Shown in pieces: positions 25,219 to 34,482 of a stretch of DNA of 64,000 bases. Location of the stretch: assembly GCA_963611795.1 (NCBI GenBank), contig CAVDSZ010000007.1, forward strand, positions 21,014 through 85,013. The letters run 5' to 3'. Positions within the stretch are counted from its first letter, which is position 1. Each line of letters opens with the position of its first letter. This DNA comes from Akkermansia muciniphila (lineage in GTDB: Bacteria > Bacillota > Clostridia > Oscillospirales > CAG-272). The notes beneath the pieces are model-generated. The model had not been told where the DNA came from. It was given only the letters and a program-made list of their open reading frames with translations, and searched no databases. The position numbers were made by a program, and so were the translations under genes.

Positions 25219-26301
25219 ATGTTAGAAATCCGTTTGACAAGAACCGCAACCCCGAAAGAAAAACCGCAGGACGAAAGCGCGCTCGGTTTCGGGAAGATTT
25301 TCACCGACCATATGTTTCTCGCCGATTATACGGAGGGGGAGGGGTGGCATGACGCCCGCATCGTCCCCTACGGTCCACTTTCGCTTTCTCCCGCCGCATC
25401 GGTGCTGCATTACGGCACCGAGATTTTCGAGGGCATGAAAGCGTATCGCACGGCATCGGGCGAAATCCGTCTGTTCCGCCCCATGGAGAATATCCGCCGC
25501 ATGAATCATAGTGCGGAGCGCTTGTGCCTGCCGGAGGTGGACGAGGCGTTCATGCTCCGCGCGCTGGATACGCTGGTGAATCTCGAACGCGACTGGGTGC
25601 CGAACAACGTTGGCACGTCTCTCTATATTCGCCCGTTCATGTTCGGCGCAGACCCTCACCTCGGCGTTCACGCCGTCCATGCGGCGACCCTCTGCATCAT
25701 CTGCTCGCCCGTCGGCGCCTATTACGCCGAGGGCATTAACCCGGTGAAGATTGCGATTGAGCACGAGGACGTCCGCGCCGTGCGCGGTGGTACGGGCTAT
25801 GCGAAGTGCGGCGGGAACTATGCCGCCAGCCTGCGTGCCGGTAAGCGTGCGGAGGAAAAGGGCTATACACAGGTGCTTTGGCTCGACGGCGTCGAGCGTA
25901 AGTACATCGAGGAAGTCGGCTCCATGAACGTCATGTTCAAGATTGCGGGGAAGATTGTCACCCCTGCGCTCACCGGCTCCGTCCTCCCCGGTATCACGCG
26001 CAAGTCCTGTATCGAATTGCTCCGTTCGTGGGGTTACGAGGTCGAAGAGCGTCTGCTCTCGGTCGGGGAACTGATTGGCGCCGCAGAGGACAGGACGCTC
26101 GAGGAGGCGTGGGGCACCGGCACGGCGGCGGTCGTCTCTCCGATCGGCACCCTTGCCTACGAGGGGAAGGAGCATATGGTCGGCGGCGGCGGCATCGGCG
26201 CCGTGACGCAGAAACTCTACGATACGCTGACGGGGATTCAGTGGGGTACGCTCCCGGACACCTTCGGCTGGTGCCACACGGTGGGGAAACCATGCGACTG
26301 A
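25219..26301 (+). CDS. ilvE: Branched-chain amino acid aminotransferase
   Basis: GFGKIFTDHMF...YGTEIFEGMKAYR...GGTGYAKCGGNYAAS... is the class-IV BCAT signature. AAGGAGAG lies before the ATG. Confidence 0.9.
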   Translation: MLEIRLTRTATPKEKPQDESALGFGKIFTDHMFLADYTEGEGWHDARIVPYGPLSLSPAASVLHYGTEIFEGMKAYRTASGEIRLFRPMENIRRMNHSAERLCLPEVDEAFMLRALDTLVNLERDWVPNNVGTSLYIRPFMFGADPHLGVHAVHAATLCIICSPVGAYYAEGINPVKIAIEHEDVRAVRGGTGYAKCGGNYAASLRAGKRAEEKGYTQVLWLDGVERKYIEEVGSMNVMFKIAGKIVTPALTGSVLPGITRKSCIELLRSWGYEVEERLLSVGELIGAAEDRTLEEAWGTGTAAVVSPIGTLAYEGKEHMVGGGGIGAVTQKLYDTLTGIQWGTLPDTFGWCHTVGKPCD

Positions 26302-26960
26302 CCGAGTTTCCGCACCGGCGGGTCACACTCTTCGCCGGGCATTACGGGAGCGGGAAGACTAATCTCGCCGTCAACTATGCGCTCGCCCTCCGCGAGAGGG
26401 GGGAAAGCGTGACGGTCGCCGATATGGATATTGTCAACCCGTATTTCCGTACCAAGGACAGCGCCGAGGTGCTCAGTGCGGCGGGGATACGCCTGATTTC
26501 CCCTGCGTTTGCGAACAGTAACGTCGATTTGCCGGCGCTCCCGGCGGCGCTCTATCTGCCAATCGTCGCCCGCGATACGCTCGCGATTCTGGACATCGGC
26601 GGTGATGACCGCGGGGCGTATGCCCTCGGGCGGTATGCACCGGATATTCTCACAGAGGGCAATTTTGAAATGATTTTCGTCGTGAACTTTTGCCGCCCGC
26701 TGACAGAGACGACGGAGGACGCGCTCGGGGTCATGCGGGAAATTGAGACGGCGGGCGGGATTCCGTTTACCGCGATTGTCAACAATTCCAACCTCGGCAC
26801 CGAGACGACCCCTGAAACGGTGCGTGCGACGCAAGCGCGCGCCGGAGAACTCTCGCGCCTCTCGGGGCTCCCGCTCCTGTTTACCTCCGCCGAGGCGCGC
26901 ATTGCCGACGCGGTACCTGAACCGCTCTTCGCGCTCAATCTGCAAAAGAAGTATATTTGA
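26292..26960 (+). CDS. Small SIMIBI-class (MinD/ParA/CooC-like) P-loop NTPase of unknown role
   Basis: Walker A: FAGHYGSGKTNLAVN. Walker B-like: LAILDIGGDD. 222 aa counted from ATG 26292, which overlaps the ilvE 3' end by 10 nt. The track start at 26028 lies inside ilvE in another frame. Confidence 0.6.
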   Translation: MRLTEFPHRRVTLFAGHYGSGKTNLAVNYALALRERGESVTVADMDIVNPYFRTKDSAEVLSAAGIRLISPAFANSNVDLPALPAALYLPIVARDTLAILDIGGDDRGAYALGRYAPDILTEGNFEMIFVVNFCRPLTETTEDALGVMREIETAGGIPFTAIVNNSNLGTETTPETVRATQARAGELSRLSGLPLLFTSAEARIADAVPEPLFALNLQKKYI

Positions 26961-26974
26961 TAAAGGAGACTGCC

Positions 26975-27181
26975 ATGGCGAAAGTGACTTTTGCGACGGA
27001 CCTTTGTAAAGGCTGTGGACTGTGTGTCGCCGCCTGCCCGCGGGGCATCATCGCGCTCTCGCGTGAAAAAATCAATCAGAAAGGACATTCTCCCGCCGAG
27101 GTGACGGACGGGTCGAAGTGCATCGGTTGTGCTTTCTGCGCGACGATGTGCCCCGACTGCGTAATCACGGTGGAGAAGTGA
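26975..27181 (+). CDS. 2-oxoacid:ferredoxin oxidoreductase delta subunit (2x[4Fe-4S] ferredoxin-type)
   Basis: Two CxxCxxCxxxCP clusters (CKGCGLCVAACP and CIGCAFCATMCP). ATG 26975 follows AAGGAG. Confidence 0.85.
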   Translation: MAKVTFATDLCKGCGLCVAACPRGIIALSREKINQKGHSPAEVTDGSKCIGCAFCATMCPDCVITVEK

Positions 27182-27190
27182 GGTGATACA

Positions 27191-28258
27191 ATGGCGGAAA
27201 AAGTATTGATGAAGGGGAATGAGGCAATCGCCGAGGCGGCAATCCGCGCCGGGTGCCGTCACTATTTCGGATACCCAATCACCCCCCAGACCGAGGTCGC
27301 CGCGTATATGGCGAAGCGTATGCCGAAGATCGGCGGCGTGTTCCTGCAAGCGGAGAGCGAGATCTCTGCGATTAACATGGTGTACGGCGTCGCCGGGACA
27401 GGGAAGCGCGTGATGACCTCTTCCTCCAGCCCCGGGATTTCGCTGAAACAGGAGGGAATCTCCTATATTGCCGGGGCAGACCTGCCCGCGCTCATTGTCA
27501 ACGTCCAGCGCGGCGGACCGGGGCTCGGCGGGATTCAGCCGTCGCAGTCGGATTACTTCCAGGCGACCAAAGGCGGTGGTCACGGCGACTACCATCTGAT
27601 TGTTCTCGCGCCTGCCTCCGTGCAGGAAATGGCGGACATGACGGTGCACGCCTTCAATCTTGCCGATACATACAGAATGCCCGTCATGCTCCTCGCAGAC
27701 GGTACCATGGGGCAGATGATGGAGCCCGTGACGCTCCCGGAGGCGGTCGAGCCGCGCACCGCAGAAACATCGTGGACGGTGACGGGGACGGAGGGCAAAC
27801 GTCCGCATCATATCATCAATTCGCTGTACCTGAAGCCGGAGATTCTCGAGAAAACCAATATCGAGCGCTTTGCGCGTTACCGCACGGTCGAGGAGCGCGA
27901 GCCGCTGTTCGAAACCTATATGATGGAGGACGCGGAGTATTGCGTCGTCGCGTTCGGTATCGCCGCGCGCGTGTCCAAGAACGCCGTCAAGGCGGCGAGA
28001 GACATGGGTATCAAGGTCGGACTCATTCGTCCGATTACCCTCTGGCCGTTCCCGAAGGCGGCGCTTGCGGCGTCGGCAGAGCACGTGCGGGCGTTCCTCT
28101 CGGTGGAACTCTCCATGGGGCAGATGATTGAGGACGTGGAACTCGCAATCCGCTGCCGCCGCCCGGTGTCGCTCTGCTCGCGTACCGGCGGGATGATTCC
28201 CACGCCCGAGGAAGTTTTGACGGCAATTCGAAACATGATGGGAGGAGACAAGGCATGA
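27191..28258 (+). CDS. 2-oxoacid:ferredoxin oxidoreductase alpha subunit (VorB/KorA-type)
   Basis: MKGNEAIAEAAIRAGCRHYFGYPITPQTE...ESEISAINMVYGVAGTG... is the canonical OFOR alpha N-terminus. Confidence 0.85.
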   Translation: MAEKVLMKGNEAIAEAAIRAGCRHYFGYPITPQTEVAAYMAKRMPKIGGVFLQAESEISAINMVYGVAGTGKRVMTSSSSPGISLKQEGISYIAGADLPALIVNVQRGGPGLGGIQPSQSDYFQATKGGGHGDYHLIVLAPASVQEMADMTVHAFNLADTYRMPVMLLADGTMGQMMEPVTLPEAVEPRTAETSWTVTGTEGKRPHHIINSLYLKPEILEKTNIERFARYRTVEEREPLFETYMMEDAEYCVVAFGIAARVSKNAVKAARDMGIKVGLIRPITLWPFPKAALAASAEHVRAFLSVELSMGQMIEDVELAIRCRRPVSLCSRTGGMIPTPEEVLTAIRNMMGGDKA

Positions 28259-29004
28259 CTGTATTTGAAAAACCGAAATCCCTGACGGACGCGCCGCTGC
28301 ATTATTGCCCCGGCTGTACGCACGGGATTATACACCGCCTTGTCGCACAGGCGATTGACACGCTCGGGATTGAGGGGAAGACGATTGGCGTCGCCCCCGT
28401 CGGCTGCGCCGTCATGGCGTACGACTATTTTGCCTGTGACATGGTGGAGGCGGCGCACGGCAGAGCCCCTGCGGTCGCGACCGGCATTAAGCGCGCACTT
28501 CCCGAAAATATCGTATTTACTTATCAGGGAGACGGCGACCTTGCCTCCATCGGCATGGCGGAGACGGTACACGCCGCAACTCGGAACGAGAATATCACCG
28601 TGATCTTTGTCAATAACGCGATTTACGGCATGACGGGCGGGCAAATGGCGCCGACGTCGCTCCCCGGACAGGTCACGCAGACCTCCCCCTATGGTCGTGA
28701 CGTCGCGACGGTCGGCTATCCGATCCGTGTTTCGGAGATGCTCGCCGCCCTCGACGGACCTGCCTATATTCGGCGCGTCGCCGTCAACAACGTGAAGCAC
28801 GTGAAAGAGGCGGAGAAAGCGATTTTGAAAGCCTTCCGAAACCAGGTGGAGGGGCGCGGATTTTCGCTTATTGAAGTGATTTCTTCCTGCCCGACCAACT
28901 GGGGCATGACCCCCGAGGCGGCGCTTCAGTGGGTAGAGGATAAAATGATTCCGTATTATCCGCTCGGCGTGTATAAGGACAAGACAGAGGAGGGTACACG
29001 ATGA
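28255..29004 (+). CDS. 2-oxoacid:ferredoxin oxidoreductase beta subunit (TPP-binding)
   Basis: YCPGCTHGI...GDGDLASIGMAE...NNAIYGMTGGQ TPP motif. Start overlaps the alpha-subunit stop. Confidence 0.85.
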   Translation: MTVFEKPKSLTDAPLHYCPGCTHGIIHRLVAQAIDTLGIEGKTIGVAPVGCAVMAYDYFACDMVEAAHGRAPAVATGIKRALPENIVFTYQGDGDLASIGMAETVHAATRNENITVIFVNNAIYGMTGGQMAPTSLPGQVTQTSPYGRDVATVGYPIRVSEMLAALDGPAYIRRVAVNNVKHVKEAEKAILKAFRNQVEGRGFSLIEVISSCPTNWGMTPEAALQWVEDKMIPYYPLGVYKDKTEEGTR

Positions 29005-29528
29005 CGTATCACATTCTGATTGCGGGCTTCGGCGGGCAAGGGGTGCTTTTTGCCGGTAAGTTCCTCACATACCTCGGTATGATGGCGGGGAAAGAGGTAA
29101 GCTGGCTGCCGTCCTACGGACCCGAGATGCGCGGCGGCACCGCGAATTGTAGCGTGATTCTCTCCGACGACCCCGTCGGTTCGCCGATTGTGTCGCACCC
29201 CGACGTCCTCGTTGTGATGAATCTGCCCTCGCTCGATAAATACGAGGGGGAGGCGGTGCCGGGGGCAAAACTCTTCGTCGACAGTACGCTGATTGCGCGG
29301 AAAGTTGCGCGCACCGACGTCACGCCCTACTATCTGCCCGCGACCGAGATGGCGCGCGCGGCGGGGATTCCGACGCTTGCCAACATGATGCTGGTCGGGA
29401 AGGTGTTGCGCGAGGTCGGGATTCCTTTCGATCATGTGGAAGCGGCGCTCACGAAAGTTGTCTCCGCCCGCCACGCGGATTTGTATGACGCGAACTTCCG
29501 CGCCCTCCGCACGGGCTACGAGAGTTAA
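29001..29528 (+). CDS. 2-oxoacid:ferredoxin oxidoreductase gamma subunit
   Basis: ILIAGFGGQGVLFAGKFL...SYGPEMRGGTANCSV. Start overlaps the beta-subunit stop. Confidence 0.85.
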   Translation: MTYHILIAGFGGQGVLFAGKFLTYLGMMAGKEVSWLPSYGPEMRGGTANCSVILSDDPVGSPIVSHPDVLVVMNLPSLDKYEGEAVPGAKLFVDSTLIARKVARTDVTPYYLPATEMARAAGIPTLANMMLVGKVLREVGIPFDHVEAALTKVVSARHADLYDANFRALRTGYES

Positions 29529-29593
29529 AATCTCCTCATAGAGCGCCCTGTTAACAAAACCGATTTCTATCGTATCAAAACCGATTCCACAAT

Positions 29594-29635
29594 ACAAAGA
29601 GGAGCCGTTAACACGGCTCCTCTTTGTGCTTTTTA
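29594..29635 (+). terminator. Terminator ending the Val T-box operon
   Basis: 14-bp perfect stem acaaagaggagccg / cggctcctctttgt (29594-29627), followed by gcTTTTT. Confidence 0.8.
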
Positions 29636-29692
29636 CTCGTCTCGCACCGTTTTTTCGATGTCCGGTGGCGCGACGTAATGGTATTGTGACTT

Positions 29693-31924
29693 TTACGCCT
29701 TGAAGCGGCGGAGCCGCAGGGCGTTTGTGACGACGCAGACGGAGGAAATGCTCATCGCCAGCGCGCCGACCATCGGCGGGAGGCTGAACCCAATCGGCGC
29801 CAGCACCCCGGCGGCGAGCGGAATACAGATTGTGTTGTAAATCAGTGCCCAAAACAGGTTTTCATGGATATTGCGCACGGTCGCGCGTCCGAGACGAATG
29901 GCGGTCGGGACGGAGGTGAGCGTGTCACGGCGCAGGACGACGTCCGCACTTTCGATGGCGACGTCCGTCCCGGTGCCGACGGCGATGCCGATGTCCGCGC
30001 TCACGAGGGCGAGTGCGTCATTCACGCCGTCGCCTACCATGGCGATCTTTTCACCGGCGCCCTTTTCCGCTTCGATACGCTCCGACTTGTCGGCGGGGAG
30101 GAGCCCCGCTGCGTAGCCGTCGATACCGGCACCCAAGGCGATGTGCTTCGTGACGATTTCATGGTCGCCCGTGAGCATGAGGGTCTTGACCCCGATTTTG
30201 TGCAGTTCGGAAATGGCTTCACGGCTGTCCTCGCGGATGCCGTCTGCGACGGCGAGGAGCCCGATACACTCGGCCCCGCGGCATACATAAGTGATGGTGG
30301 AGCCGCTCTCGAGCAGTGCTTTGACTTCGCTCTCCGGAAAGGGGGATTCAATTTCCAGATCTTCGAGCAGCGCCCGGTTGCCGGCGAAACATTTGACGCC
30401 GTTTACTTTGGCGTAGACGCCGCGCCCCTCCATGGCGGAGAAGCCGACGGCTTCCGGCGTTTCGCCTTCTCCGAGCCCCGCGCAGATCGCTTTCGCAATC
30501 GGGTGCCCGGACGGCGTTTCGAGTGCACGGGCAAGCGCGTGGAACACCTCTTCGTCGGCGTCGGGGGCGGTGAGGGCGGCGGTCAGGCGCATTTTGCCCT
30601 CCGTGACCGTGCCGGTCTTGTCGAGTGCGACGGTCGTGATACGACCGAGGGATTCCAGCGCCGCGGCGCTCTTGATGAGAATTCCCATTTCGGCGGCGCG
30701 CCCGGTAGCGGTCATGATAGCGGTCGGCGTCGCGAGCCCCAGGGCACACGGGCAAGAAATGACGAGGACGGCAATCGCGTGCGAGAGTGCGTCCGTGAAG
30801 GTGTAGTGGTCGCTGACCCCGGCGACGATGCTCCAGACGCCGAGCGTCACGAGCGCGATGCCGAGGACGGCGGGGACGAAGACGGCGCTGACCTTGTCCG
30901 CGATGCGCGCGAGCGGTGCCTTGGAGGCGACGGCACCGGCGACCATGCGAATGGTCTGCGAGAGCGAAGTTTCCTCACCCACGCGGTCGGCTTTCAGCGT
31001 GACGGAGCCGGAGGTGAGAATACAGCCGCAGAGCACGGTGTCGCCCGCCTGTTTGTCGACCGGCAGGCTCTCGCCCGTGAGCGTGGATTCATCGACCGCG
31101 CCGGTGCCCGTGAGGACGGTACCGTCGACGGGGGTTCGCTCCCCGGCGCGCAGAATCACCGTGTTGCCGACGACGACTTCCCGGAGCGGGAGCGTCACTT
31201 CTTTCCCGTCGCGAAGGACGTTTGCGGTCTCTGGCGCGAGCGATGCGAGCGCACGGACGGCGGCGGCGGTCTTGTCCTTTTGCCGCCCCTCGAGTGTTTT
31301 ACCGAGCGTGACGAGAATCAGAATCATTGCGGCAGTCTCTGCGAAGACGTGCGGCGTCGACATACTGTGATGAGAGGCGTGTCCGCCCGCGATCAGCATC
31401 ACCAGTACGCCGGCAGTTTGCAGGATTGCGGCGGCAGAGCCGAGAGCAATCAGCGTGTCCATATTCGGCGCACGGTGGAAGAGCGACGCGAAGCCGCCCT
31501 TAAAATAGCGGTAGTTGATGCCCGCTACAATCAGCGCGAGGACGAGCTGCACGCTGACGTTCAGGATTGGGCTTTCCCGGAGCGCGGGCGGAATCGGCGC
31601 GTTTGCCCACAGCATCGGCATCATGCCGAGCCAGAGGAGCGGCAGACCGAAGAGGAGCGAAAGCCACAGACGTCGCCACGAGGTTTTTTCCGGCGGCGGG
31701 AGCGCGACCCCCGCGGCGGTCGCCTCGATGACGGAGGCGGAGTAGCCGGCGTGCTTGACTGCCGCGATGATGTCCTCGGTGGGGCACTCGTGCTCGACGA
31801 CCATGGTGCCGGTGAGCAGACTCACCGACGCGCGCGAGACGCCCGCTAGGTGAGAGACGGCGCCCTCGACGTGCGCGGAGCAGGCAGCGCAGCTCATGCC
31901 TTTGACGCGAAAATCCGTTTTCAT
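29693..31924 (-). CDS. copA: Copper-translocating P1B-type ATPase
   Basis: The N-terminal HMA domain carries GMSCAACSAHVE. Further motifs are the CPC motif SCPCALGLATP, the phosphorylation site DKTGT, and GDGVNDA. I place the start at ATG 31924 (MKTDFRV). Confidence 0.9.
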   Translation of the reverse strand: MKTDFRVKGMSCAACSAHVEGAVSHLAGVSRASVSLLTGTMVVEHECPTEDIIAAVKHAGYSASVIEATAAGVALPPPEKTSWRRLWLSLLFGLPLLWLGMMPMLWANAPIPPALRESPILNVSVQLVLALIVAGINYRYFKGGFASLFHRAPNMDTLIALGSAAAILQTAGVLVMLIAGGHASHHSMSTPHVFAETAAMILILVTLGKTLEGRQKDKTAAAVRALASLAPETANVLRDGKEVTLPLREVVVGNTVILRAGERTPVDGTVLTGTGAVDESTLTGESLPVDKQAGDTVLCGCILTSGSVTLKADRVGEETSLSQTIRMVAGAVASKAPLARIADKVSAVFVPAVLGIALVTLGVWSIVAGVSDHYTFTDALSHAIAVLVISCPCALGLATPTAIMTATGRAAEMGILIKSAAALESLGRITTVALDKTGTVTEGKMRLTAALTAPDADEEVFHALARALETPSGHPIAKAICAGLGEGETPEAVGFSAMEGRGVYAKVNGVKCFAGNRALLEDLEIESPFPESEVKALLESGSTITYVCRGAECIGLLAVADGIREDSREAISELHKIGVKTLMLTGDHEIVTKHIALGAGIDGYAAGLLPADKSERIEAEKGAGEKIAMVGDGVNDALALVSADIGIAVGTGTDVAIESADVVLRRDTLTSVPTAIRLGRATVRNIHENLFWALIYNTICIPLAAGVLAPIGFSLPPMVGALAMSISSVCVVTNALRLRRFKA

Positions 31925-32044
31925 CACAAATTTCCTTTTTCCGTTTTCTTTAGTATCGCGGTGGCTGTATCGACTATACACCCCGCCTTTAACACGGCTA
32001 GTGTATCATGTATTTCCTATAATTGCAATAGGAATTTAAGAAAA

Positions 32045-33214
32045 TTATTTGTAAACACGCGTGATACGTGTACCGAGGGAAGTCAGGAGTTCGTAGGGAA
32101 TCGCCCCGAGCCTCTCCGCCCAGTCGCAGAGCCGCGCGCCCGGGATATTTCCGAAGAGGCAGACGCTGTCGCCGACGGCGCCGCCGACGTCCGTGAGGTC
32201 GATGAGCGTCTGATCCATACACACCCGCCCGACGACGGGCGCGAGTGCGCCTCCCACCGATACCATGCACCTGTGCGCTCCCGCGAGCCGCGCAATCCCG
32301 TCCCCGTAGCCGAGCGGGAGAATGCCGATCTTCGAGGGGCGGCGCGTGACAAATGTGCCGCCGTACCCGATGGGGAAGCCCGCCGGCAGTTCTTTGACGG
32401 AGACGAGCGGCGCCCGCAGGGTGAGAATCGGCATGAGCGTTGCCATTGTCGGCGGAAAAGTGTCTTTGCGTGCGGGTGCCGTTTCTTTGATGCCTTTTTC
32501 CGTTGCCACGGGTCTCTCCGCGGCATTGTAGCCATAGAGCGCCAGCCCTGCCCGTACCATGTCGAACGCCCCGTCAGGGTAGCAGAGCAGTCCCGCGGAG
32601 TTCGCCGCGTGGCGCAGGAGCCGCCGCCCGAGCACGCCTTCGACCGCCGTGACAGCCTCCCGGAATGCATGGAGTTGCCGCTCCGTTGCCTCCCGCCCTG
32701 CCGCTCCCTCGTCGGCGTACGCAAGGTGGGTGTAGATACCCGTGATGCGGAGCGCGGTGAGCGCCTCGATGATACCCGCCGCTTCGGCGGCGTCTTCCGG
32801 GAGGAATCCCAACCGCCCCATACCCGTGTCGATTTTGAGGTGGACGTCAATTTGCCCGCCGCGTGCCTCTGCCGCGAGTGCCTCTGCCTGCGCTCGGTCG
32901 TAGACGGTCAGCGTCAGATGTTCGCACGCCGCCCGTGCGGCAAAGGCGGGCGGCACGTATCCGAGGAGGAGGATTGGCGTGCGGATGCCCGCGCGTCGGA
33001 GCGCGAGTGCCTCGTCCGCCGTTGCCACCGCGAGATAGTCCGCGCCGAGCCGCTCGTAAAGCGTTCCGAGGACGGCGGCGCCGTGCCCGTAGGCGTTCGC
33101 CTTGACGACACAACAGAATTTTGCCTTGGTTCTCGCGCGCAGCGTCAGATAATTCCACGCCGCCGCGTCGAGTGAAATCTCCGCGACGGCGCCCGTCAAT
33201 CGTTTTTCTTTCAT
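32045..33214 (-). CDS. alr: Alanine racemase
   Basis: VVKANAYGHG PLP-lysine motif, and C-terminal ...VCMDQTLIDLT... ATG 33214 (MKEKRLTG) follows GGAGGGG. The track start at 33349 is an extension. Confidence 0.9.
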   Translation of the reverse strand: MKEKRLTGAVAEISLDAAAWNYLTLRARTKAKFCCVVKANAYGHGAAVLGTLYERLGADYLAVATADEALALRRAGIRTPILLLGYVPPAFAARAACEHLTLTVYDRAQAEALAAEARGGQIDVHLKIDTGMGRLGFLPEDAAEAAGIIEALTALRITGIYTHLAYADEGAAGREATERQLHAFREAVTAVEGVLGRRLLRHAANSAGLLCYPDGAFDMVRAGLALYGYNAAERPVATEKGIKETAPARKDTFPPTMATLMPILTLRAPLVSVKELPAGFPIGYGGTFVTRRPSKIGILPLGYGDGIARLAGAHRCMVSVGGALAPVVGRVCMDQTLIDLTDVGGAVGDSVCLFGNIPGARLCDWAERLGAIPYELLTSLGTRITRVYK

Positions 33215-33507
33215 GTCCACCCCTCCATATCCACAGGATATGCGGGGCGTTCGCCTGCCGTCCGCCGCACACGACGATGCTGCACGCGTTTTGCAGGTCG
33301 TGACGATGTAGGGAAAGTACGCGGTGACGCGACACACGGCTATACACACATTTCTGCTGGTCTGTTACTTGCGCCGCCCGTCGCCCGTGTGGTTTCACCC
33401 ACGTGTTCATATAAAGTGCCCATATAAACCCCCGGCGCGCTTCGCCCGGGAAAAATCCCATCTCCCACGTCGCCAAGCCCGGACAAACGCACAACGCGGG
33501 CACACAG

Positions 33508-33546
33508 GCAAAAAATCCCCGCCGACCGGAGAGGGCGGCGGGGATT
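33508..33546 (-). terminator. Terminator after the HD-domain gene
   Basis: 11-bp stem aatccccgccg / cggcggggatt (33514-33524 and 33536-33546), followed by a U-run on the minus strand. Confidence 0.75.
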
Positions 33547-33551
33547 TGGTA

Positions 33552-34211
33552 TTACAGCACTTGCTGATCGTTGATGACGAGGCGGAAGCGGATCCCGAGT
33601 TTTTCCGCCGCCTTACGCGACATGACCATGCGGGTGAGGAAGATCTCGAAATAGTCCATGACGGAACTGATAGCGGTGTCGATTGTAAGGCGGAGCGTGA
33701 TCTCGCTGTTATCGCCGGAGAGCGTCAAGAGCGACCCCTCGACGGAGTAGTTGACGCGGTCGTGAATATCGAAAGCGGCAATATCGCGGTTGCGTACGCG
33801 GGAGCGCCGCACGTCCGTCTTGTCGGCGAGGATGAGCGCCGCGCTGACAGCGTTGACGGGGACACCGGTGCCCTCGTCATGGTTGCCGATAGCGGTCACG
33901 ACGGTGGCGACTTCGGTGGCGTCCATACCCAGTTCGTTGAGAATGCGGAAAGCGATGAGCGCTCCGGTCTCCGCGTGGTTCACGCGGTTGACGAGGTTGC
34001 CGATATCGTGCAGATATCCGGCGATGCGCGCGAGTTCGACGGTGCGCTCATCGTACCCGAGCGCGGTTAAGATCATCGCGGCAGTTTCCGCCGCTTTCAT
34101 CACATGGGCGTACCCGTGGTCGGTGTATCCCATGGCCGCCATGGTCGCGTCCGCCGATTCAATATAGGTGTTGACGGTTTTGTTTGCCCGCAGGCTCTCG
34201 TATGTCACCAT
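33552..34211 (-). CDS. HD-domain phosphohydrolase
   Basis: HGYAHVMKAAE...AGYLHDIGN...NHAETGA...IGNHDE (HD metal-binding ligands). Confidence 0.75.
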   Translation of the reverse strand: MVTYESLRANKTVNTYIESADATMAAMGYTDHGYAHVMKAAETAAMILTALGYDERTVELARIAGYLHDIGNLVNRVNHAETGALIAFRILNELGMDATEVATVVTAIGNHDEGTGVPVNAVSAALILADKTDVRRSRVRNRDIAAFDIHDRVNYSVEGSLLTLSGDNSEITLRLTIDTAISSVMDYFEIFLTRMVMSRKAAEKLGIRFRLVINDQQVL

Positions 34212-34431
34212 GAAAAAGTCCTTTCCGCTGACGAGGGAACGACTTTGCCGTTCGTCCCGCGCGTTCTGTATTGATATCAGTGTTACATTTTACGGTCTTA
34301 CTATAACAAAACAAAAGAGGGAATGCAATGTTTTTTACATATGTTTTACCTCGAAGAGCTTTGCTTGCCCCCGCCCGCCGCAATCACATTCCGCGAGTGC
34401 GCTTTTTCCTCCGAAAATATCAAAAAAACTG

Positions 34432-34460
34432 TTGACATTTTGCTTTTGCTATGCTATACT
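34432..34460 (+). promoter_or_regulatory. Promoter of tRNA-Tyr
   Basis: TTGACA (34432-34437), 17 nt spacer, TATACT (34455-34460). Confidence 0.7.
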
Positions 34461-34482
34461 CATCAAGTCAGCAAACGAATAT

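Noticed and set aside
31925-32044. Possible CsoR/CopY operator upstream of copA (GTAT-cgact-ATAC; CCTAT-aattgca-ATAGG)
   Set aside because: These are short, imperfect inverted repeats that do not match the CsoR or CopY consensus as I remember them. No copper regulator gene is in the window.
29864-33175. 661-aa and 441-aa + strand ORFs opposite copA and alr
   Set aside because: These are antisense shadows of canonical copA (CPC, DKTGT) and alr (KANAYGHG) genes, with composition-driven open frames.
33215-33507. Roughly 290-nt untranslated region upstream of alr, considered as a riboswitch or leader
   Set aside because: I could see only a small hairpin (CTGCA-aaacgcg-TGCAG) and no known riboswitch motif or terminator/antiterminator pair. 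It is worth an Rfam scan, but there is no positive evidence.
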